A DNA stretch of 6,970 nt from a virus. Made by a program: the position numbers and the translations under genes. The stretch is taken from the IMG/VR virus record IMGVR_UViG_3300022745_000015, positions 1-6,970 of that record; one strand, written 5' to 3'. A model generated the notes under the pieces. The model saw nothing but the letters and a program-made list of their open reading frames with translations, did not search any database and had not been told where the DNA came from. Shown piece after piece: positions 1 to 5,250 of the stretch (the stretch's first letter is position 1; every line of letters starts with the position of its first letter).

Positions 1-127
1 AAAATTAGAACATCCTCTAAACGAGGTTTATCAATCCCTGACGGGAAATTTTAAGGCGACCAAGCAATGACCAAAATAGTAGTTCCCTCTCCCGAAGTCC
101 GCGAAATGAAGGGCATCGGCAAAACGT
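1..127. repeat. Terminal redundancy, left copy (identical to 6844-6970)
   Basis: Base-by-base reading shows 1-127 equals 6844-6970. The repeat includes the gene V start codon (67 = 6910). Confidence 0.97.
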
Positions 128-357
128 CCGGCAAACCTTATCACATGCGGATTCAAACTGCATATCTGTATCCATGCGATGACGCTGGAACCTTCGGGGA
201 ATTTCCTGACAAATTCGAGATTTCCCTCGAAGAAAACCAACAACCCTACCCCCGCGGTCATTACCAGTTGCACCCTTCAAGCGTTCGCGTGTCGCGGGAT
301 GGACGCATAGAAGTGCGCCCCCGCTTGGTCGCGATTCCCTCGAAGCAAAACGCTTGA
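67..357 (+). CDS. gV: ssDNA-binding protein, Ff gene V protein (g5p) homologue, 96 aa
   Basis: ATG at 67 with AAGG at 53-56 upstream. Hand alignment to remembered M13 g5p shares GKPY, the Q..Y block, L.E.Q..Y.(P/R)G.Y..H.SS..V and a C-terminal RLV, at similar length (96 vs 87 aa). Confidence 0.9.
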   Translation: MTKIVVPSPEVREMKGIGKTSGKPYHMRIQTAYLYPCDDAGTFGEFPDKFEISLEENQQPYPRGHYQLHPSSVRVSRDGRIEVRPRLVAIPSKQNA

Positions 358-367
358 GGGGTGCGCC

Positions 368-583
368 ATGCACATCAATGACGTCGAATCAATCGGGCAC
401 ATTGCGCGCCTGGCGGTTCTCTCCGCGCTTGCTCGTGCTGCCCTTGGTGCCGAAGCAGAGCTCGCGCCCGAAGTTTCAAAAATGGTCATTACGGTCGAAC
501 GTACAACGGACGGTAACCCGTATCCCGTTTCGGCTGAGTTTTACGGCGCCCACGCTATCCCCGTGGGTGGGATGAGCTTATGA
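368..583 (+). CDS. Hypothetical protein, 71 aa
   Basis: ATG at 368 is preceded by GAGGGG (355-360). Its stop overlaps the next start in ATGA (580-583). I recognise no motif. Confidence 0.6.
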   Translation: MHINDVESIGHIARLAVLSALARAALGAEAELAPEVSKMVITVERTTDGNPYPVSAEFYGAHAIPVGGMSL

Positions 584-774
584 GCTATCTCGCCGATTTG
601 GCCCAAGAGCGCGAGCTTGCTATTGAAGTCACCTTCCGCCTGGGTGGCATCCCCAAAGACGTCCGGCGTTTGTTGGTACGTGCCATGAATCAGATTGAGC
701 AGGAAATGCTGTCCAGCATCCGGCACGGCTTCGAAGTCTCTCATGCTGACTGGCTAAATACGCCTGCAATATGA
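580..774 (+). CDS. Hypothetical protein, 64 aa
   Basis: The ATG lies inside the ATGA overlap with the upstream ORF, and its own stop lies inside a second ATGA (771-774). The predicted protein is helical and charged with no recognisable motif. Confidence 0.6.
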   Translation: MSYLADLAQERELAIEVTFRLGGIPKDVRRLLVRAMNQIEQEMLSSIRHGFEVSHADWLNTPAI

Positions 775-923
775 GCAACATCGCTCGTCGCTTCGTGGTC
801 ACCCGGTCCTGGCTTGAGTGCCATTCGTCCGGGGACTATCCCTATTTCGCCACCATCGAACTGCAAAACCTCATGGCCCGGGTTCGTGAGGACGCGGCCT
901 ATTTGATTGGGATGGACGCATGA
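771..923 (+). CDS. Hypothetical protein, 50 aa (not in the supplied ORF track)
   Basis: Hand translation gives MSNIARRFVVTRSWLECHSSGDYPYFATIELQNLMARVREDAAYLIGMDA. It exactly fills the gap between two ORFs, with ATGA overlaps at both ends (771-774 and 920-923). Confidence 0.5.
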   Translation: MSNIARRFVVTRSWLECHSSGDYPYFATIELQNLMARVREDAAYLIGMDA

Positions 924-1441
924 TTGCGGCGTTGTTTGTCCGGCGTAACAGTCATTACAAGGATATTCCTGGCGTTGATTGTTATGACGCGGACCGGGAC
1001 GCGCTCACATTTAAGGGCGGTTTCCCTGGCATTTATCACCCTCCATGCCGTGCGTGGGGTAAATACGCTCATTGGGCCAAACCTCGGGCAGGCGAACGTG
1101 AGCTGGCTATCTGGTCGATGGATATGTGTCGCAAGTTCGGCGGCGTCATCGAGCATCCTTCAACGTCCAAACTGTGGACTGAATCCAAGTGCCTGAATTA
1201 CGGCGTGCGCGATGATCACGGCGGCGTATTGATTCCAGTTTATCAATCCTGGTGGGGCCATCGTGCACAAAAGGCCACCTGTTTTTATATCGTCGGACCT
1301 CTCCCTCACATTCCTGAAAACCCGGAAATTCGGCCAACGAAAACTATTGAAGGCATGGGCCGCGCCGAGCGGGAAAAAACACCTTTCGAGCTGGCTCTAT
1401 GGCTTGTCAATGTCGCTCGTGATTGCGAGGTCTCGCCATGA
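920..1441 (+). CDS. Hypothetical 173-aa protein with DNA cytosine-5 methyltransferase-like core motifs, lacking the SAM-binding motif I and a target-recognition domain
   Basis: ATG at 920 sits in an ATGA overlap. Motifs are GGFP..HPPC(43)RAWG (motif IV-like), IE(78)HP (ENV-like), Q(117)KATCFYIVG (motif VIII-like) and REKTPFELA (motif X-like). No FxGxG is present. Confidence 0.8.
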   Translation: MIAALFVRRNSHYKDIPGVDCYDADRDALTFKGGFPGIYHPPCRAWGKYAHWAKPRAGERELAIWSMDMCRKFGGVIEHPSTSKLWTESKCLNYGVRDDHGGVLIPVYQSWWGHRAQKATCFYIVGPLPHIPENPEIRPTKTIEGMGRAEREKTPFELALWLVNVARDCEVSP

Positions 1442-2253
1442 GCGCGCCCGAGGCTCTGAGCATGGCGAGCGGCTCCGCCGCCGACATGCACAGCGCCGAA
1501 GGCGCGGGGCTTGTCTCATTTAAAACAACTCAGATTTGTGTCAATTTATCCCCCTCCGCGACAGCGGAAAGGCGGGTAAAGCGGCTAAAAAAATCGGTCT
1601 GGGCCTCTGGCCACCTTCACGGCCTTGCTGACAACGGCTTCCGTGCCCCGCAATGCTGGTTCGTCACCCTCACCTATCGCGGCGTCGATGACTGGCAAAA
1701 AAACCATATCAGCAAGTCGCTTGATCTGTTTCGCAAGTGGTGCTACCGCAAGTCGATTCCCTGCCGTTACACCTGGGTTGCAGAGCTGCAAAGTCGCGGC
1801 GCTGTTCACTATCACCTTTTGGTCTGGCTACCACAAGGCGTCCGTATGCCCCAATGGGACCGCAGCTATGGCACAAAGTCCAAGTTCTGGCCTCACGGCA
1901 TGAGTAACACGCAAAAAGCAAAAAGCGGCGTTGGCTACCTCATGAAATATCTGTCCAAGCTGGGCGAGCTGACCCGGTTTCCAAAGGGCCTGAGGCTCTA
2001 CGGCATCGGCGGTCTGACACCACAAGCCCGCGGTGTTCGCTCCTGGCTCAATCTGCCGGAGTGGGTCAAGGCTGATTACGGCGTGGGCGAAGTCGTTAGA
2101 AAAAAAATCGGCCTGCTCGTCAAGGCGACGGGCGAACTATTGGACCCGGCCTATTCGGTCCAGCTCATCCCTCACGGTCTCATCGTTACCCCCCTGCGAA
2201 AAGTCTCGCAGCGCTGGCATGACGGGGCCTATTCGAAAGTGAATTTCGCATGA
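1438..2253 (+). CDS. Rolling-circle replication initiation protein (HUH endonuclease, gene II functional analogue), 271 aa
   Basis: Motif 1 is FVTLTY (1660-1677), the HUH motif HYH is at 1807-1815 (HYHLLVW), and the two-tyrosine motif YLMKYLSK is at 1936-1959. I prefer the ATG at 1438 (ATGA overlap with the upstream stop) over the TTG at 1423 used in the ORF track. Confidence 0.9.
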   Translation: MSAPEALSMASGSAADMHSAEGAGLVSFKTTQICVNLSPSATAERRVKRLKKSVWASGHLHGLADNGFRAPQCWFVTLTYRGVDDWQKNHISKSLDLFRKWCYRKSIPCRYTWVAELQSRGAVHYHLLVWLPQGVRMPQWDRSYGTKSKFWPHGMSNTQKAKSGVGYLMKYLSKLGELTRFPKGLRLYGIGGLTPQARGVRSWLNLPEWVKADYGVGEVVRKKIGLLVKATGELLDPAYSVQLIPHGLIVTPLRKVSQRWHDGAYSKVNFA

Positions 2254-2363
2254 CCGAATTATTTTTGCAGGGCGTTGCGTCCCTCGTTGCTATTGGTGTC
2301 GTCGGTGTCGTCCTGAATATCTGGATGAAGCGGCTAATTGATCGCGTTATTTTTAAGGGGTAA
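2250..2363 (+). CDS. Small hydrophobic protein, 37 aa, g7p/g9p-like minor coat candidate (not in the ORF track)
   Basis: Hand translation gives MTELFLQGVASLVAIGVVGVVLNIWMKRLIDRVIFKG: one hydrophobic helix followed by a basic tail. Its ATG lies in an ATGA overlap with the Rep stop (2250-2253). Its position before the coat gene matches Ff gVII/gIX. Confidence 0.55.
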   Translation: MTELFLQGVASLVAIGVVGVVLNIWMKRLIDRVIFKG

Positions 2364-2367
2364 AAAA

Positions 2368-2673
2368 ATGTCTGCCGTTTCTGATGTTGGTCTGCAAGTC
2401 GCACAAAACCTTTTCACGGTCGTTCAGCCTGCCCTATTGGTCGTCCTGGGCGCGTTCGTTACGTTCGTCGCGGCTGTGTACGGCGTGGTTCACGTCCTGG
2501 CCCTCATCAACGGCAAACCCTCGTCGTCGGTCGCTTACGACATGGGGCGAATTTTCGGCTCCATGGTGTACGAATCCGACTATCGCGATTACCGCGATAA
2601 ACGCGAAGCAAGCGCAGCGCGGCGGGAACGAAACGCCAAATTCTCGCGGCGTTATCGAAGCGAAAAGTATTGA
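2368..2673 (+). CDS. Membrane protein, 101 aa, paralogue of the major coat hydrophobic core with a long charged C-terminal tail
   Basis: ATG at 2368 is preceded by AAGGGG (2355-2360); the TTG at 2338 in the track is less likely. Residues 19-48 match the coat protein helix at 18 of 30 positions by hand alignment. The C-terminus is Arg/Lys/Tyr/Asp-rich. Confidence 0.75.
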   Translation: MSAVSDVGLQVAQNLFTVVQPALLVVLGAFVTFVAAVYGVVHVLALINGKPSSSVAYDMGRIFGSMVYESDYRDYRDKREASAARRERNAKFSRRYRSEKY

Positions 2674-2735
2674 ATTGATGCGCGTTGCATCGACCCTCGC
2701 CGGGTGGGTTACTCGGTAATTTTGAAAGGTTCGTT

Positions 2736-2936
2736 ATGAACAAGATCGTTAAATTGGGCGGCGTTGCTGCTCTGGCCCTGGGTGCTGTGTCCTCTTTCGC
2801 AGCTATCGATACCACCGCTGCCACCAGCGGCATTGCTGACGCACAAGCGGCTACCCTGGTTGTTCTCGGCGCTATGGTCACCATGGGTGCTGCCGTGTTC
2901 GGGGTGAAGAAGATTTTGCGCCTGATCGGTCGCTAA
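2736..2936 (+). CDS. gVIII: Major coat protein precursor (g8p-like), 66 aa: 22-aa signal peptide plus 44-aa mature protein
   Basis: ATG at 2736 is preceded by GAAAGG (2724-2729). The signal peptide MNKIVKLGGVAALALGAVSSFA is followed by a mature AIDTT... protein with an acidic N-terminus, a hydrophobic core and a basic KKILRLIGR tail. This is the classic inovirus coat architecture and size. Confidence 0.9.
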   Translation: MNKIVKLGGVAALALGAVSSFAAIDTTAATSGIADAQAATLVVLGAMVTMGAAVFGVKKILRLIGR

Positions 2937-2951
2937 ACCCTCGGGTTGTTC

Positions 2952-2975
2952 GTGTGGCTCCTTGCGGGGCTACAC
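2952..2975 (+). terminator. Stem-loop directly after the coat gene (possible attenuator or terminator)
   Basis: GTGTGGCTCC-TTGC-GGGGCTACAC forms a 10-bp stem including two G-T(U) pairs. Ff phages place a terminator after gVIII. No T-tract follows here, so the call is weak. Confidence 0.35.
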
Positions 2976-2996
2976 CTGCAACCATAGGCATAAAAC

Positions 2997-3578
2997 GTGA
3001 AATCAATCCGGCTCTATCTCCTGGCGTTGTGCGCCCTGCTTTGCTCTCAATCCTGGGCGGTTGTTACCTTCACGACGAACCAGACAAATACAAAAATTGT
3101 CGTTTCCGTGGATAACTCCTGCAATGCAATGATGCTTGCCCTGATGACCTCGCTCAATGTGGTCGCATCCACTAAAGCGCCATTCAAGGCGTATTCGTGC
3201 AGCGATGACCCGGTCCTTCAAACCTCTACGCTAATCCTGAAAGATTCGCTCGCCACACCGACCACGTATTACACAACCTTCACCAGCTGGACCAATGACG
3301 CCACCAAAGCACTCGCCACCTGGCAGGATTCCATTAACACGCAAAACGCGGCCATATCCCTGATGCAAACCAAGGTAGATTCGTTCATCGCGGGTGCGGC
3401 GTCTGCCACTGGCGGCGGTACGTCTGCACAGATAACCGTCAAGGATGCGTTCGGCACCGCGACGCCTGATGAATACGCGGCACTGTCAAAAATGTTCGGC
3501 CTCATCCTGGCGGCGGCTGCTGTCATTTGGGGCGTCAAGCAAATCAAGAATCTGCTTCTCAAGCGTCCTGAGGCTTAA
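2997..3578 (+). CDS. Secreted, C-terminally anchored virion or membrane protein, 193 aa, with a g8p-like C-terminal module
   Basis: A GTG start at 2997 gives a textbook signal peptide (MKSIRLYLLALCALLCSQSWA). The first in-frame ATG would delete it. The C-terminus PDEYAALSKMFGLILAAAAVIWGVKQIKNLLLKRPEA mimics the mature coat protein (acidic, hydrophobic, basic). Confidence 0.75.
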   Translation: MKSIRLYLLALCALLCSQSWAVVTFTTNQTNTKIVVSVDNSCNAMMLALMTSLNVVASTKAPFKAYSCSDDPVLQTSTLILKDSLATPTTYYTTFTSWTNDATKALATWQDSINTQNAAISLMQTKVDSFIAGAASATGGGTSAQITVKDAFGTATPDEYAALSKMFGLILAAAAVIWGVKQIKNLLLKRPEA

Positions 3579-3580
3579 CC

Positions 3581-4966
3581 ATGAGGATAAAAAACGATGT
3601 TCGATCCGTTACTAATGGCCTACGGCCTCGGCCTAGTGTTCCTGCTCTCGCTCTCTTTCCGCTGAGACGTGCGGCGCTTGCGCTTGCCTTGACCCTTGGC
3701 GCGTCCGGGTCCTGGGCTGGATATGCTCAGCTTGCGCCACCTCCTAACTGGGTCGCAAATACGATTAAAGTCGCTGCCAATGATGTGTCATTCGCTGGCG
3801 GTGTTCGGTCGGCGTCTGCTGTCGTTCAGGTCGCGGGGACTGCTGTAACCATGCCTGCGGCCTATCGTTTCGCGGCAAACGCTGGTAGTGTTGCTGCTTC
3901 GGCTGCGTTCGCTAATCCTGGCATTTTTGCGGCTCTTGCTATAGGGTCAACGGCCTATGCTGCTTATCAATGGTTTAAGGATGCGGGGTTCGAAGTACAG
4001 AACAACGTCTGGCAAAAAAAGACCATCACGACTACGTGCGCGGCTGGAACCGAAACTTACGGGACCGGGCAATGTGTGTCCTATCAAAAATTGTGCATCA
4101 CGGGTCAGCGCGGTCCGTTCTCTGACGTCCTCCAGGGTTGTCCCTCTGGCACGTCTGCCGTCATTCATATTCCGGCCAGTGGCACACCTTATTACACGGC
4201 CAAGGACCCGACCGGATACCCGTATAGCTCTAACTTTTACGGTCAAATTACCTCGGGCATCCCTGCCACCAAATACGACCCGGCCACCGAGCAACAAATT
4301 AAAGATGGCATGTCGTTGATTAACGTTCCCGGCAATGTCCCCCAGGTGTTCCCGGTCCCTAACGTTGCCTGGCCCGTTGAATCTCCTATCCTTAACCCGT
4401 CCCCTGCCCCTAGTCCGTCCAACCCTCTGACTGACCCGACGCCCACGCCACAACCAATGCGCGTTCCCCAGGGTGACCCGGTGCCGATCCCAAATACTTC
4501 CCCACAGCAATACAAAACGCCCGTCATCGATATAGTCCCTTCGCCGACTGCTGATTACCCCTGGCGCGTCGATATGCAGCCAAAAGACATAGTTACGACT
4601 AGTCCATCTCCTCTGCTCGTCTCGCCAGTTACCAGCACAACGTCCGGTACTGCTACGCCTACCGCTACAACGTCCACGCAAACCGACTGCGACAAGTACC
4701 CCGACAGCATCGGTTGTGCAAAATTCGGGGACCAGCCGCAGCCCGACAAACTTGTCAAAAATGACGTTCCCTTCACCCTGGCCACTGAGGTTTTCTCGTC
4801 CTCGTCCGGCTGTCCTTCTGATTTGACATTTAGCGTCATTGGTCGTTCATACGCGGTCAGCTACCGCCCGATCTGTGACCGTCTTGCACTCCTTCGCACC
4901 CTGTTTATCTGCATGGCGGGTGTGATGGCTGCTTATATCCTGGCCGATTCTTTCAAGATTCAATAA
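3581..4966 (+). CDS. gIII: Adsorption / minor coat protein (g3p-like), 461 aa
   Basis: It is the largest structural ORF and lies after the coat gene. It has a signal peptide ending at SWA (residue 46), Cys-containing domains, Pro-rich and Thr-rich linkers, and a C-terminal hydrophobic anchor LFICMAGVMAAYILADSF. GAGG lies 7 nt upstream of the ATG. The start is somewhat ambiguous (see findings). Confidence 0.85.
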   Translation: MRIKNDVRSVTNGLRPRPSVPALALFPLRRAALALALTLGASGSWAGYAQLAPPPNWVANTIKVAANDVSFAGGVRSASAVVQVAGTAVTMPAAYRFAANAGSVAASAAFANPGIFAALAIGSTAYAAYQWFKDAGFEVQNNVWQKKTITTTCAAGTETYGTGQCVSYQKLCITGQRGPFSDVLQGCPSGTSAVIHIPASGTPYYTAKDPTGYPYSSNFYGQITSGIPATKYDPATEQQIKDGMSLINVPGNVPQVFPVPNVAWPVESPILNPSPAPSPSNPLTDPTPTPQPMRVPQGDPVPIPNTSPQQYKTPVIDIVPSPTADYPWRVDMQPKDIVTTSPSPLLVSPVTSTTSGTATPTATTSTQTDCDKYPDSIGCAKFGDQPQPDKLVKNDVPFTLATEVFSSSSGCPSDLTFSVIGRSYAVSYRPICDRLALLRTLFICMAGVMAAYILADSFKIQ

Positions 4967-5250
4967 TGGGCACCCTCGCAACTTTTTTAATGAGCATTGC
5001 GGGTCCCCTGGCGTTCAGGGTCCTGACTATGCTTGGCATCGGCACTGTCACATTTACGGGCATAACTGCTGGCCTGCAAACCCTCATGGCCCAGGCCACA
5101 ACCAACTGGGCATCTGTAACGGGTGACGTCTTGCAATTGGCATCCCTGGCTGGCATCCCTCAGTGCCTGGGCATCATCTGCGGCGCGATGACCTCCCGTG
5201 TCGGCATCTGGGCTGCTGTGTCTGCAACTCGTTGGGTTGTCGCAAAATGA
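4966..5250 (+). CDS. Minor coat / membrane protein (g6p-like by position), 94 aa
   Basis: Its start overlaps the g3p stop (TAATG, 4964-4968). The protein has hydrophobic segments and sits between the g3p-like and g1p-like genes, as in Ff gVI. Confidence 0.75.
   Translation: MGTLATFLMSIAGPLAFRVLTMLGIGTVTFTGITAGLQTLMAQATTNWASVTGDVLQLASLAGIPQCLGIICGAMTSRVGIWAAVSATRWVVAK

Noticed and set aside
1-127. The 127-nt terminal repeats as LTR- or att-type repeats of an integrated element or transposon
   Set aside because: The repeat is direct, perfectly identical, and continues the same ORF and regulatory region. No host-like flanking sequence is present. Circular redundancy explains it more simply.
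17-373. 118-aa and 80-aa - strand ORFs opposite gene V
   Set aside because: The + strand frame has clear g5p homology. The antisense frames are Arg-rich and have no start context.
354-575. 73-aa + strand ORF in another frame overlapping the 71-aa ORF; similar alternative-frame ORFs at 924-1196, 1263-1523, 2384-2719, 3957-4319, 5437-5931 and 6112-6369
   Set aside because: They overlap better-supported frames, are Arg/Ser/Pro-rich and lack ribosome-binding sites. They are not needed to tile the genome.
2677-2691. Small hairpin GATGC-GCGTT-GCATC after the 101-aa gene
   Set aside because: A 5-bp stem with no T-tract is expected by chance in this composition.
2507-2884. 125-aa - strand ORF spanning the coat-gene region
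   Set aside because: It overlaps two + strand genes that have strong coat-protein features, so I read it as an antisense shadow frame.
3947-4681. 244-aa ORF on the - strand, antisense to the g3p-like gene
   Set aside because: It is Arg/Gly-rich and low in complexity, typical of a shadow frame opposite a GC-biased gene. It has no RBS context and lies fully inside a well-supported + strand gene.
5163-5246. Longer alternative starts in the ORF track: GTG 5163 for Zot, TTG 1423 for Rep, TTG 2338 for the 101-aa protein and 2685 for the coat protein
   Set aside because: Each has an in-frame ATG downstream with either an ATGA overlap to the upstream stop or a good Shine-Dalgarno sequence. The extensions add non-native-looking leaders (Cys/Arg-rich before Walker A, and 17 residues before the coat signal peptide).
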